The notes beneath the pieces are model-generated. The model saw nothing but the letters and a program-made list of their open reading frames with translations, made no database searches and was not told the origin of the DNA. From Candidatus Eiseniibacteriota bacterium (GTDB taxonomy: Bacteria; Eisenbacteria; RBG-16-71-46; JABDJR01): 64,000 nt of DNA. Shown piece after piece: positions 39,772-50,233 of the stretch. Position 1 is the first letter of the stretch, and every line of letters begins with the position of its first letter. The position numbers were made by a program, and so were the translations under genes. The DNA is taken from assembly GCA_963783375.1 (NCBI GenBank), contig CAWANH010000029.1, forward strand, positions 800,001-864,000. Direction: 5' to 3'.

Positions 39772-42477
39772 TCAGTGGATCTCCGCCCAGTTCGCCCCCA
39801 CCCCCACGTTGACCACCACCGGGACGTCCAGGTCCAGCGCCCCTTCCATGGTCTCGCGCACCGCCCGCCCGAGCGCCTCCGCCTCCGCCTTCGGGCACTC
39901 CAGGACCAGCTCGTCGTGAACCTGGAGAAGGAGGTTGGCCCGGAGCTTCTCCGCAGCGAGCCGCCGGTCGAGATGGATCATGGCCACCTTGATGAGATCG
40001 GCGGCCGAACCCTGGACCGGGGTGTTGATGGCCAGCCGCTCCCCCGCCGCCCGCGCCGCCGCGCTCTTCAGCCGGAGCGCCGGGATGTAGCGCCGGCGGC
40101 CCAGCAGGGTGGTGACATACCCGGTGCGCCGCGCCTCCTCCAGCACCCCGTCCAGATAGGCGATGACCCCGGCGTACTGGGTCTTGTAGTTCCGGATGAA
40201 GGCGGCCGCCTCGTCGGTGGGGATGCCCAGCGTCCGGGCCAGGCCGTAGGGGCCCTGGCCGTAGAGAACGCCGAAATTCACCGTCTTGGCCTGGCCGCGC
40301 TGAAGCTCGGTGACCTCCCCCGGTGCCACCCCGAAAATGCGGGCCGCGGTATCCCGGTGGACGTCCTCCCCGTCGCGGAAGGCCTGGACCAGGGCGGGGT
40401 CCCCGCTCAGGTGGGCCATGATCCGGAGCTCGATCTGGGAGTAGTCGGCGGAGAGGAGCACCCATCCCTTCTCCCCGGGCACGAAGGCGCGGCGCACCTC
40501 CTTCCCCAGGGGCGTGCGGATGGGAATGTTCTGGAGGTTGGGATCCGAAGAGGAGAGCCGGCCGGTGGCGGCCACGGTCTGGTTGAACGAGGCATGGACC
40601 CGCCCGGTCTCGGGATGGATCATCGCGGGGAGGGTGTCCACGTAGGTCGACTTGAGCTTGGCCACCTGGCGGTAGTCGAGGACCGCTCGCGGGAGCTCAT
40701 GGTAGGGACTGAGGCTCTCCAGGACCTCGATGTCGGTGGACCAGCCGGTCTTGGTGCGCTTCCCATGGGGGAGCGCCAGCCTGACGAAGAGCACGTCGGC
40801 GAGCTGCTTCGGCGAGTTCACGTTGAACTCGACCTCGGCCAGTTCCTGGCACCTGGTCTCCAGCCGCCGGAGTTCCCCCTCCAGCCGCCCGCTCATCTCG
40901 CGGAGGAAGGGCACGTCCAGGGCCATGCCGGTTCGCTCCATCTTCATGAGCACGTGCATGAGCGGCATCTCCACGTCCCGGAAGAGCGGGGTCAGCTCGG
41001 CCTGATCCAGCTTGGGGGCGAGAGCCGCGCGAAGCCGGAGGGTCATATCCGCGTCCTCGGCGGCGTAGGTGGCCGCGGTCCCCGCGTCCACCTGGGCCAT
41101 GGAGATCTGCTTGGCGCCCTTCCCGATGAGATCGGTGATCGGGATCATGGCGTGGTCGAGCTTCTCCCGGGCCAGGTCGTCGAGCTTGTGGGAGCCGTCG
41201 GGGTCCAGAAGATACGAGGCGATCATGGTGTCGAAGGCGGCCCCGCCCACCTCGAAGCCCGCGCGCTCGAGAACCAGGAGATCGTACTTGGCGTGATGGA
41301 GGACCTTGGGGACGTCCGGGTCGGCCAGGACCGGTCCCAGCACCCGTTTCACCTCGGCCGGATCCAGGGGCGCGGCGCCCTCGGTGTGGCCCACGTTCAC
41401 GTACCAGGCCTCCCCGGGGCCGGCGGCCAGGGCGATCCCCACCAGCTCCGCCCGCATCGGGTCCACCGAGGTCGTCTCGGTGTCCACCGCGATCCCCTCG
41501 CGATTCCCCCGGAGCCGGTCGGCCAGCGCGGACAGCGCGCCCGGGTCGCTGACCAGATCATAGGCGTTGGCCTTGCCGAACAGGTCCGGGGCGCGTTCGT
41601 CCCCCAAACCCAGCTCCCGGCGGAGCCGGGAAAACCCGAGGCCATCCAGGAGGTCGGCGAGCCTTCGGCCTCCGGGGCGCCGGGCGGCCAGGGCGTCGAG
41701 ACCCAGGGGCAGCTCGAGATCGGTCCGGATGGTCACCAGGTTCCGGGCCTGCATCGCGGTTTCGCGGTGCTCCTCGAGCTTCCGGCGCTGGTTGGCGGAG
41801 AGCTGATCGAGGTTCGCGTACAGGCCTTCCAGGTTCCCGAACCGGGTGATCAGCTTCCCGGCGGTCTTGGGCCCGATCCCCGGCACTCCGGGCACGTTGT
41901 CGCTGGTGTCCCCGGTCAGCGCGAGCACGTCCACCACCTGTCCGGGCTCGGTCACCCCGAACTTCTCGGGAATGTCGTCGGGGCCGAGCACCCGGGCCTC
42001 CACCGCCGAGGAGCCGCCCCGTCCCGGATTCAGGATCCGCACGTGCTGCCCCAGGATCTGGTAGAAGTCCTTGTCCCCGGTCACCGCCAGCACCTCGAGA
42101 TCGGGACCGGCGAGCTGAACGGCGTAGGATCCGATCACGTCGTCCGCCTCCACCCCGCCCTCGATCACCAGGGCGCAGGGCCAGGCTTCCACCAGCTCCT
42201 TGACGCGGGGAATCTGCGCCCGCAGATCCTCCGGCATCTCGGCCCGGTTCGCCTTGTACTCGGGGTAGATCTCGTTCCGGAACGTCGGGCCGGGGGGATC
42301 CAGCACCACCGCCAGGTAGTCCGGCTTCTCCTGCTGCACCAGAAACTGCAGGGTGTTGGCGAAGCCGAACACCGCCCCCACCGGCTCCCCTGAGGGATCG
42401 GTTAGCCCGGTCTTCAGCAGGCCGAAAAACGCGCGATAGAGGAGCGCGGTGCCGTCGAGGAGATAGAGTTTCTTCAT
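39772..42477 (-). CDS. polA: DNA polymerase I
   Basis: 5'-3' exonuclease (EADD, GDKD, GD.SDNVPG), 3'-5' exonuclease DTETT, polymerase motifs TGRLSS, DYSQIELR, QVHDEL. Confidence 0.98.
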   Translation of the reverse strand: MKKLYLLDGTALLYRAFFGLLKTGLTDPSGEPVGAVFGFANTLQFLVQQEKPDYLAVVLDPPGPTFRNEIYPEYKANRAEMPEDLRAQIPRVKELVEAWPCALVIEGGVEADDVIGSYAVQLAGPDLEVLAVTGDKDFYQILGQHVRILNPGRGGSSAVEARVLGPDDIPEKFGVTEPGQVVDVLALTGDTSDNVPGVPGIGPKTAGKLITRFGNLEGLYANLDQLSANQRRKLEEHRETAMQARNLVTIRTDLELPLGLDALAARRPGGRRLADLLDGLGFSRLRRELGLGDERAPDLFGKANAYDLVSDPGALSALADRLRGNREGIAVDTETTSVDPMRAELVGIALAAGPGEAWYVNVGHTEGAAPLDPAEVKRVLGPVLADPDVPKVLHHAKYDLLVLERAGFEVGGAAFDTMIASYLLDPDGSHKLDDLAREKLDHAMIPITDLIGKGAKQISMAQVDAGTAATYAAEDADMTLRLRAALAPKLDQAELTPLFRDVEMPLMHVLMKMERTGMALDVPFLREMSGRLEGELRRLETRCQELAEVEFNVNSPKQLADVLFVRLALPHGKRTKTGWSTDIEVLESLSPYHELPRAVLDYRQVAKLKSTYVDTLPAMIHPETGRVHASFNQTVAATGRLSSSDPNLQNIPIRTPLGKEVRRAFVPGEKGWVLLSADYSQIELRIMAHLSGDPALVQAFRDGEDVHRDTAARIFGVAPGEVTELQRGQAKTVNFGVLYGQGPYGLARTLGIPTDEAAAFIRNYKTQYAGVIAYLDGVLEEARRTGYVTTLLGRRRYIPALRLKSAAARAAGERLAINTPVQGSAADLIKVAMIHLDRRLAAEKLRANLLLQVHDELVLECPKAEAEALGRAVRETMEGALDLDVPVVVNVGVGANWAEIH

Positions 42478-42537
42478 GGGCCGCCGATGGAAACGGGGGC
42501 CGGAGGGCGGCGGGTCCCGCCCGATTCAGCCCCCGGA

Positions 42538-43131
42538 CTACGTCTTCCGGTAGAGTCCGTGATTCGAGATATACACCGCCACCGGCCCCGGGACCAGATG
42601 CCGGATATCGAGCCCGGTCGCCACCCGCCGCCTCACCTCCGAGGAGGAAATGGCGAAGGGGTTTCCCTCCACCATCCGGCACCGGGCGGCGAGGGCCGGG
42701 TCCACCCCTCCCCGGTCGAGCCCGGGCCGATTGACCGCGATCAATCGGTTCTCTCCGAGGATCCGCTCCGGTTCACGCCAGGTGGGAAGGTCGCGGAGGC
42801 TGTCGAGACCCAGGATGAAGTGGATCTCCGCCTGGGGCCGCTCCGCCCGGATCCGGCTCAGGGTGTCCACGGTATAGCGGGGGCCCCCCACCTCCAGCTC
42901 GAGGGTGGAGATCGCGGTTCGGGGCTCGGCGGCCAGCGCCTCCCCCAGCATGGCCAGACGGCGCTCCCCGGAGCTCAGGACCCGGTCCGGCTTGTGGGGC
43001 GGGCGCGCGGCGGGGACGAAGAGAACCTCGTCCAGGTCAGCGGCCTCCCGGGCGAGGAGCGCCACGTGGAGGTGGCCCCAGTGAACGGGATCGAAGCTCC
43101 CCCCGTAGACTCCCAACCGGCCCGAACTCAC
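42538..43131 (-). CDS. nadD: Nicotinate-nucleotide adenylyltransferase
   Basis: GGSFDPVHWGHL, PPHK, YTVDTL, ISSSEVR. Confidence 0.95.
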   Translation of the reverse strand: MSSGRLGVYGGSFDPVHWGHLHVALLAREAADLDEVLFVPAARPPHKPDRVLSSGERRLAMLGEALAAEPRTAISTLELEVGGPRYTVDTLSRIRAERPQAEIHFILGLDSLRDLPTWREPERILGENRLIAVNRPGLDRGGVDPALAARCRMVEGNPFAISSSEVRRRVATGLDIRHLVPGPVAVYISNHGLYRKT

Positions 43132-43991
43132 GGTCGGGCCGTGGCGGACCTCGATGAATCCGCGGGGGCCCCCTCCGACGGCGCCCCTCCGTGATCGCGG
43201 GCGTCGGCGAGGAGGTCCTCGGCGGAGCCCACGTCGTCTCCGGCGGGATACTGGTCCAGATATTTCCGGGCCCACGTGGCAACCCCCGCCCAGTCCTTGG
43301 ATTTCTTGTAGCTCTCCGCCATGCCGAGCACCGCCCGCGGTCCCCAGGGCGTGTCCGCGTATTCGGCCAGCACCTTCTGCTCGAAGTAGAACCGGGCCGC
43401 CCGCTGGTCGCCGAGCTTCCGGTACAGGGCGCCGTTCCGATAGGCCTTCTCCGCCAGCCGGGTGCGGATGTCGAAGATGTGCCCCCGGGCGCGGTCGGCC
43501 AGTTCGTTGTCGCGGCAGCGGCTCAAGAAGCTCCGGAACTGCACCAGGGCGGACTCGGTCTCGGTCTGATCGAGCTGGGCGGGCCGGGCCTGGGAAAGGA
43601 GGGCCAGGCCGAGGTGATAGGAGGCGTCGCAGGCGAAGGGGCTGTCCGGATACTCCCGGATGACCCGCCGGAAGCGATCCTCGGCTTCAAGGTATTCGCC
43701 TTCCTCGTAGTAGCACCGGGCGGCGAGGAAGATGGCCTCGTCGGCGTACCGGCTCCCGGGGCGATCGGCCAGGAGCTGCTTCAACACCAGAAGGGCCTGG
43801 GGATAATCCTCGTTCTGGACCGCGTTGCGCGCTTCCTCGATCCGCGAAGTTTCTCCGGCGGGGATCTTGGGCACGCTCGCGCACCCCGCGGCGGACAACG
43901 CCGCGACCACCAGCGCGAAGGCGAGTAGGTTGGTGGACCGGCGGCCGCGCACGGCCGGCCCGATCCTCTGCGCGATCTGCATGGAACTCAA
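43128..43991 (-). CDS. bamD: Outer-membrane assembly lipoprotein BamD
   Basis: Lipobox AAGC, TPR repeats, DQTET, LAEK..Y..G..Y; bamD-nadD order. Confidence 0.85.
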   Translation of the reverse strand: MSSMQIAQRIGPAVRGRRSTNLLAFALVVAALSAAGCASVPKIPAGETSRIEEARNAVQNEDYPQALLVLKQLLADRPGSRYADEAIFLAARCYYEEGEYLEAEDRFRRVIREYPDSPFACDASYHLGLALLSQARPAQLDQTETESALVQFRSFLSRCRDNELADRARGHIFDIRTRLAEKAYRNGALYRKLGDQRAARFYFEQKVLAEYADTPWGPRAVLGMAESYKKSKDWAGVATWARKYLDQYPAGDDVGSAEDLLADARDHGGAPSEGAPADSSRSATARP

Positions 43992-44866
43992 TTCTGGTTG
44001 GTGTAGAAGAGGTAGATTAGCCCGGCCACGATGCCGGTGACCAGCGCCGGCTCCACCAGGCTCCCCAGCCCGTGGGTCTCCAGGGTGGGCTTGGTGAACG
44101 GAAAGTCCCTCCCCTCGAGGAGCGGCAGCTTCCCCGCCGGAACCACGTCGATCCGCTCGGTGTCCCCGTTTCCCACCCAGATCACGTCTTCCCGTTTTCC
44201 CTTGAGGAGGTTGGCATAGAGGCTCACCGCGGCCAGGCGCTGGACCTTTCGGGATCCGAGGGGACTGCGTTTGTGCGATTCGGGATAAAGAATGCTGAAT
44301 TCGGCGACCCGGTAGCGGAAGACCAGGTCGTCCGGGCCGACCGGCGTGCTCGCTACGGCGATTTCCGGCTCGGGCTCCATCGTCTTCTTCCGCTCCGCCA
44401 CCGCGGCTTTGGCCCCCCGGGCGGCGGCGGCCAGCGCCGACGACGAGTTCGGTGGAGTGGTGGAGGTCGGAGCAGCCTCGGAGGTCCCGGCGGTGTCGGC
44501 GGGCCCGGTCGATCCCGGAGCCGGCTCCGGAAACTCCGGTCCCACCACCGGTGCCGCCTTCAGGTAGGCTGAGTAGCCGGCCTGGGTGAGCCGGGAGAGG
44601 AGCAGGTTCTCCACGAACCAGTTCGCCTCGTGGGCGGACGCGGGCTCCACCAGCAGGGTGGCCCCGGGAGGGGCGTTGAATCCCATGAGGAGCCTGGTCA
44701 CCGCGGCGTTGGCCGCCTCCGAGAGCATGGCGAGGTTGGTGGGGTAGGACTGCGTCACCGCCGTTTCCAGATCCTGGGCGAAGGCGCTCCGCCCCGCTCC
44801 CAGCGCAAGGAGGGCCGGGAGGGCGATCGCGGAGATCACGTGCCGTCGAAGGGAAAATCTCGTCAT
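43988..44866 (-). CDS. Exported hypothetical protein with a C-terminal membrane anchor
   Basis: Signal peptide AFA-Q, low-complexity linker, C-terminal EPALVTGIVAGLIYLFY; overlaps both neighbours by 4 nt. Confidence 0.7.
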   Translation of the reverse strand: MTRFSLRRHVISAIALPALLALGAGRSAFAQDLETAVTQSYPTNLAMLSEAANAAVTRLLMGFNAPPGATLLVEPASAHEANWFVENLLLSRLTQAGYSAYLKAAPVVGPEFPEPAPGSTGPADTAGTSEAAPTSTTPPNSSSALAAAARGAKAAVAERKKTMEPEPEIAVASTPVGPDDLVFRYRVAEFSILYPESHKRSPLGSRKVQRLAAVSLYANLLKGKREDVIWVGNGDTERIDVVPAGKLPLLEGRDFPFTKPTLETHGLGSLVEPALVTGIVAGLIYLFYTNQN

Positions 44867-46239
44867 TCGATCGTCTCCACCGCGGCCGGCGCGACCACGG
44901 GATGCGGTTCGAGGCTCACTCCCACCAGATCGTAGGCGTCGGCGCCGGTGATCTTCACCGGGTAGAACTCCCCGGCCAGGAGGCCGGTTCCCGCCACCCG
45001 CACGCACCCGTCCACTTCCGGGGCTTCGCGGACGCTCCGGCCCCGGGCCGGGCGCCCCCCCTCCCCCGGCTCCTCGATCAACACCTCGAGGGTCTTTCCC
45101 ACCTGGGACCGGTTCACCGCCAGGCTCGTCAGCCCCTGGCGGGCGAGGAGCCGGTGGGTGCGCTCCTCGATCACCTCGGGGGGCACCGGGTCCGGCAAGC
45201 GCGAGGCGGCCGCGGTGTCCTCGGAGGAAAAGGGGAAAGCCACCAGCTTGTCGAATCGCGCCCACTCCAGGAACTCCAGGAGCTCCTCGAAATCGCCGTC
45301 GGTCTCACCCGGAAACCCCACGATCACGTTGGTCCGGAGCGCGATGCCCGGCACCCGCTCCCTGAGCGTCCGGACCAGGTCCACGACGGTCTCTTTCCCG
45401 GTGTGGCGCCCCATGCGCTTGAGCATGGAATCCGCGATGTGCTGGATCGGCATGTCGGCGTAGGGGACGATCTTCTCCGCCGTGGCCACGGCGTCGATCA
45501 ACTCCCGCGTCCAATAGAAGGGGTTGGCGTACATCAGGCGGATCCATCGGACCCCCTCCACCCCGTCAAGCTCCCGGAGGAGCGGCGCGAGCTCGGGTCG
45601 TCCGGACCGGTCGATCCCGTAGGCGGTCAGATCCTGGGCGATCAGCACCAGCTCCCTGGCGCCGTTTTCGGCCAGCACGCGGGCCTCGGCCACGATGTTG
45701 CCGATGGAGCGGGAGCGTTGTCCGCCCCGGAGCTGGGGGATGATGCAGAAGGTGCACTTGGCGTCGCACCCTTCGGAGAGCTTCAGGAAGGGCGAGACCG
45801 GCCCGGTGGAGAGCACCCGGGAGGCGGGATCGCCGTATACCAGGTCCACGTCGTCCGCGGTCGCGGTGTACCCCTTCCTGCCCGGGGCCAGGAGACCGTT
45901 CACCACCTCCACCACCCGTCCCACCTCGCCGGTCCCCATGATCGCGTCCACCTCGGGGATCTCGGCCAAAAGCTGGTCCCGGTACCGGTCGGACAGGCAG
46001 CCCGCCACGACGAGCTTCTTGAGACGTCCATCGGTCTTCATGCGGGCCACCTCGAGGATGGTCTCGATGGACTCCTCGACCGCGCTCTGGAGGAAGGCGC
46101 AGGTGTTGACCACCGCGGCGTCCGCCTCGGCCAGATCGGCGGTGCTGACGAAACCCGCCCGGTCGAGCCGGCCGAGCATGACCTCGGAGTCCACCTGGTT
46201 CTTGGGGCAGCCGAGGGTGACAAAAGCGATTCGGGTCAT
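44863..46239 (-). CDS. rimO: Ribosomal protein S12 methylthiotransferase RimO
   Basis: TLGCPKNQVDSE, NTCAF, radical-SAM CDAKCTFC, APEVDG before the TRAM domain. Confidence 0.95.
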   Translation of the reverse strand: MTRIAFVTLGCPKNQVDSEVMLGRLDRAGFVSTADLAEADAAVVNTCAFLQSAVEESIETILEVARMKTDGRLKKLVVAGCLSDRYRDQLLAEIPEVDAIMGTGEVGRVVEVVNGLLAPGRKGYTATADDVDLVYGDPASRVLSTGPVSPFLKLSEGCDAKCTFCIIPQLRGGQRSRSIGNIVAEARVLAENGARELVLIAQDLTAYGIDRSGRPELAPLLRELDGVEGVRWIRLMYANPFYWTRELIDAVATAEKIVPYADMPIQHIADSMLKRMGRHTGKETVVDLVRTLRERVPGIALRTNVIVGFPGETDGDFEELLEFLEWARFDKLVAFPFSSEDTAAASRLPDPVPPEVIEERTHRLLARQGLTSLAVNRSQVGKTLEVLIEEPGEGGRPARGRSVREAPEVDGCVRVAGTGLLAGEFYPVKITGADAYDLVGVSLEPHPVVAPAAVETIE

Positions 46240-46285
46240 GAAAGTCCATTCAGGGCAAGAGATGGGGGGGGCGGTGGGATCGGCC

Positions 46286-48832
46286 TCACTCGTCGCGGCC
46301 GGCCAGGACGTGCTCCAGGCGCACCTCGTCCACCAGCACCTCGCGGGCCTTGCTCCCATCCTGGGGAGCCACCACCCCGGCCCCTTCGAGCATGTCCACG
46401 ATTCGGGCCGCACGAGCATAGCCTACTTTGAGCCGGCGTTGAAGCAGGGAGGCGGAGGCCTGGCCTGCCGCCACCACCAGCCGCGCCGCATCCTCGAACA
46501 GGGGGTCGTCCCCCAGGCCCCCGGTTCCCGACTCCGGATCGGCCATCGCCGCCTCCAGCTCGGGATGGGCCTCGGGCTTCCCCTGGTCCCGCCAGGCCTC
46601 GGCCAGGCGCTGGGTCTCGGACTCCGACACGAACGCTCCGTGGACCCGGACCGGGGCGGCCTGGCCGGGGGGGAGGAAGAGCATGTCCCCCTTTCCCAGC
46701 AGGGACTCCGCCCCGTTCTGGTCGAGGATGGTGCGGCTGTCGGTGCGCGAGGCCACCTGGAAGGCGATCCGGGCGGGGAAGTTGGCCTTGATCACCCCGG
46801 TGATCACGTCCACCGAGGGCCGCTGGGTGGCCACGATCAGGTGGATCCCCACCGCGCGCGCGGTCTGGGCCAGGCGGGCGATCGGCTCCTCCACTTCCTT
46901 GCCGCTGGTGATCATGAGGTCGGCCAGCTCGTCGATCAGGACCACGATGTAGGGGAGCTTCTCCTCCCCCTCGCTCACCGGCCCTTCCTTGTCCATCTTG
47001 ATGTTGTAGCTCCCGATGTTCCGGCAACCCCGGGCGGAGAGCACCCGGTAGCGGCGCTCCATCTCCAGGAGGAGCCACTTGAGGCTCCGAGCGGCCAGAC
47101 GGGGATCGGTCACCACCTCGGTGAGGAGATGGGGGATCCCGTTGTACATGGGAAGCTCCAGCATCTTGGGATCGACCATGAGGAGCCGTAGCTCGTCGGG
47201 GCTCCGCTTGAGGAGCAGGCTCGTGATGAGGGCGTTCATGCACACGCTCTTCCCCGAGCCGGTGGTCCCGGCGATGAGCAGGTGCGGCATGCGCGAGAGC
47301 TCCGTGATGAGCGGCGCGCCGCCGATGTCCTTCCCCAGCGCGAGGGGAAGCGGTCCCGAGGCCTCGCGAAACGCGTGGGTCTCCAGGAGCCGCCGGAGGA
47401 AGATGGGCGCGGGGTTCCGGTTCGGCACCTCGATCCCCACCGCCGCCTTGCCGGGGATGGGAGCGATGATCCGGATCCGGCTGGCCCGAAGCTTCAAAGC
47501 CAGGTCGTCCTGGCGGTTCAGGATCTGGTTCACCCGCACCCCCGGCCCCGGGGCGTACTCGTAGCGGGTGATGACCGGCCCGGGATGGACCTCCCCCACC
47601 CGTCCCGCCACCCCGAACTCACTGAGGGTGTCGGTGAGGATGCGGGAGTTCTCCAGGAGCTCGGACTCGGCCACCGGCGGGCCGACTTCGGGGACGTCGT
47701 CCAGGATCCCCGTGGTGGGAAGCACCATCTTTCCCCGGACCGAGGCGAGGACGCCGGCCGTGGTCTTCCGCCCCTCCCGGGCATGGCGGCGGGCCTCGAG
47801 CACCGCGTCTTCCACGTCCTTGGACTGGACGTCCACCGGGCCGCGGGCCCGAAGGAAAGCCGCCGCCTCACCGGACGTCGTCGCGGAGGCGGTGACGGGG
47901 GTCGGCGGTCGAGCCGCCGCCGGTTGCCGGGGCGGAGCCTCCTCGCGGTCCGGATCCACGATCCGGGGGGAAAACGCCGGCTCCTCCGAGGCGGCGGCGC
48001 GGGACGGCGCCGGACGGGCGGGCTCCTCGTCCGCCTCCCCCTCCATCGCCCCGGACTCCCAGGGGCGATCCTTGATCCAGCGCGCCAGCGCGATCGTTCC
48101 GTGGACCAGTCCCCGGGCGGCGGCGCGCAGCCCCCGCCAGGCCAGGACGCTCCCCCGCTGAAGCCCCCACGCGCCCCACACTCCGAGGAACCGCCCCGTC
48201 CGCCCCAGACCCACCAGGAACGCCCGGGTGAAGGTTCCCCAGCGTCCGTCCCAGGCCTCGGCTTCGAGAAGAAAGAACCCCACCGCGGCCACCCCCAGGA
48301 CCAGGATGCCCCCCACCGGACCCACCAGCCCGTGAACCCCGTTCCAGATCCCCGTCCCCAGGGCGCCTCCCCAGGTGTGCCCCCCGCCGGCGGCGGCGGC
48401 CACGGCGGCCACGGTGAGGATCAGGGGCAGCGCGACCAGGCTCCGCAGGATGGGCCGGCGCACCGGCAACACCCCGAGCCGGTTCCACCCCCACCCCAGG
48501 AGCAGGGCCGGCGCCGACCAGGCCGCGCCCCAACCCAGGATCTTCAGGGCGGCGGTCGCGCACCACACGCCGAGCCCGCCGCCGGCGTTGTGATAAAGAC
48601 CGGACAGAAGGCCGGTGGGCGCGCCGGCGGGGAAGTTCGCGAAGGCGGAGATGCGGCCGGCCAGGAAGGGGAGGAAGACCTCGCGGCGCTCGAAGGCGGT
48701 CCGGTAGGCCGCGGCGTCGAAGGACAGGAGCGCGGCGGTGAGGAAAAGGCCGAGGGCGAAGAGCCCCAGCCCCGTCCACCGCGACAGCCGGTGTTTGCGG
48801 GCGGTTCCCGAGCCCCGTCGCTTCTGCGCCAT
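46286..48832 (-). CDS. ftsK: DNA translocase FtsK
   Basis: N-terminal TMs, PHLLIAGTTGSGKS, DELADLM, ATQRPSVDVITG, gamma domain LQRRLKVGYARAARI. Confidence 0.97.
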   Translation of the reverse strand: MAQKRRGSGTARKHRLSRWTGLGLFALGLFLTAALLSFDAAAYRTAFERREVFLPFLAGRISAFANFPAGAPTGLLSGLYHNAGGGLGVWCATAALKILGWGAAWSAPALLLGWGWNRLGVLPVRRPILRSLVALPLILTVAAVAAAAGGGHTWGGALGTGIWNGVHGLVGPVGGILVLGVAAVGFFLLEAEAWDGRWGTFTRAFLVGLGRTGRFLGVWGAWGLQRGSVLAWRGLRAAARGLVHGTIALARWIKDRPWESGAMEGEADEEPARPAPSRAAASEEPAFSPRIVDPDREEAPPRQPAAARPPTPVTASATTSGEAAAFLRARGPVDVQSKDVEDAVLEARRHAREGRKTTAGVLASVRGKMVLPTTGILDDVPEVGPPVAESELLENSRILTDTLSEFGVAGRVGEVHPGPVITRYEYAPGPGVRVNQILNRQDDLALKLRASRIRIIAPIPGKAAVGIEVPNRNPAPIFLRRLLETHAFREASGPLPLALGKDIGGAPLITELSRMPHLLIAGTTGSGKSVCMNALITSLLLKRSPDELRLLMVDPKMLELPMYNGIPHLLTEVVTDPRLAARSLKWLLLEMERRYRVLSARGCRNIGSYNIKMDKEGPVSEGEEKLPYIVVLIDELADLMITSGKEVEEPIARLAQTARAVGIHLIVATQRPSVDVITGVIKANFPARIAFQVASRTDSRTILDQNGAESLLGKGDMLFLPPGQAAPVRVHGAFVSESETQRLAEAWRDQGKPEAHPELEAAMADPESGTGGLGDDPLFEDAARLVVAAGQASASLLQRRLKVGYARAARIVDMLEGAGVVAPQDGSKAREVLVDEVRLEHVLAGRDE

Positions 48833-48998
48833 AGTGCCCTCCGGGGCGGCCCGGGAAGGCCCCGGCGCCGCCTTCAGCAGAAGCCGGCCGCGCTCCGGCA
48901 GGATGTCCGCGCCGGGTCCGGGGAGATCACCCACCCCGCTCCCCGCGCCGGCCCGAAACGCGTTCGTTCCGGGCCCCGGCCCCCGCTTCGCGGCGGCC

Positions 48999-50150
48999 TC
49001 ACACGAGTTTCTTGATCTCCTCCACCCGGTTCGTGTCTTCCCAGGTGAAACCGGGCTCCTTCCGGCCGAAGTGGCCGTAGGCCGCGGTGCGGGCGAAGAT
49101 CGGCCGGCGCAGATCGAGGGCCTCGATGATGGCCTTGGGGCGCAGGTCGAATACCTTGCGTACGACCTCGGTGAACCGCTCGTCCGGGATCTTCCCGGTT
49201 CCGAAGGTATTTACCATGACCGAAACCGGGTCGGCCACCCCGATCGCGTAGGCCAGCTGGACTTCCGCCCGCTCGGCCAGCCCCGCGGCCACCAGGTTCT
49301 TGGCCACCCAGCGGGCGGCGTAGGAGGCGGAGCGGTCCACCTTCGAGGGGTCCTTGCCGCTGAACGCGCCGCCCCCATGGCTCCCCACACCGCCGTAGGT
49401 ATCCACGATGATCTTCCGTCCGGTGAGACCGGTATCCGCCTTGGGGCCACCGTAGACGAAGCGACCGGTGGGGTTGATGTGGAAGGTGATCGGGTGCTTG
49501 GGGTCGATCATGTCCTTGGGGATCACGGGCAGGATCACCTCTTCACGGATGGCATCGCGCATCCGGGTCATCCCCGCCTCGTCCATGTCCCGGTGCTGGG
49601 TCGAGACCACCACGGTGTCGATCCGGACCGGGCGGAGCCCCTCGTACTCCACCGTGACCTGGCTCTTGCCGTCGGGCCGGAGAAAGTCCAGGACGTTGTT
49701 CTTCCGGAGGTCGGCCAGGCGGTGACAGAGCTGGTGGGCCAGGGTGATGGGAAGGGGCATCAGCTCCGGGGTCTCGTTGGAAGCGTATCCGAACATGAGC
49801 CCCTGGTCCCCGGCCCCGCCGGGATCCACTCCCATCGCGATGTCCCCGGACTGGTGGTCGATGGAGGTCATCACCGCGCAGGTCTCGTAGTCGAAGCCGT
49901 AGGAGGCGTCGTCGTAGCCGATCCGCTTGATGGTGGCCCGGACGATTTCGGGGATCTCGACGTAGGCGTCGGTCGAGATCTCGGCGGAGATGAAGGCCAG
50001 TCCGGTGGTGACCAGCGTCTCGCACGCCACGCGGCACATGGGATCCTCGGCGATGATCGCGTCGAGGATGCTGTCGGAAATCTGGTCCGAAATCTTGTCG
50101 GGATGACCTTCGGTCACCGACTCGGACGTGAACAGGTGGCGGTCCGCCAT
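48999..50150 (-). CDS. metK: S-adenosylmethionine synthetase
   Basis: [28 protein letters not shown]. Confidence 0.98.
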   Translation of the reverse strand: MADRHLFTSESVTEGHPDKISDQISDSILDAIIAEDPMCRVACETLVTTGLAFISAEISTDAYVEIPEIVRATIKRIGYDDASYGFDYETCAVMTSIDHQSGDIAMGVDPGGAGDQGLMFGYASNETPELMPLPITLAHQLCHRLADLRKNNVLDFLRPDGKSQVTVEYEGLRPVRIDTVVVSTQHRDMDEAGMTRMRDAIREEVILPVIPKDMIDPKHPITFHINPTGRFVYGGPKADTGLTGRKIIVDTYGGVGSHGGGAFSGKDPSKVDRSASYAARWVAKNLVAAGLAERAEVQLAYAIGVADPVSVMVNTFGTGKIPDERFTEVVRKVFDLRPKAIIEALDLRRPIFARTAAYGHFGRKEPGFTWEDTNRVEEIKKLV

Positions 50151-50233
50151 GGTTCTATGCTCCTTGAAATCAGCGGGTTGGATAAGCAGGGCGGAAAGAC
50201 TTTACCAGCAATACCGGGCTCCCACAAGCCGCC

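Noticed and set aside
50151-50233. SAM riboswitch upstream of metK
   Set aside because: The intergenic region is only 83 bp and lacks SAM-I consensus elements.
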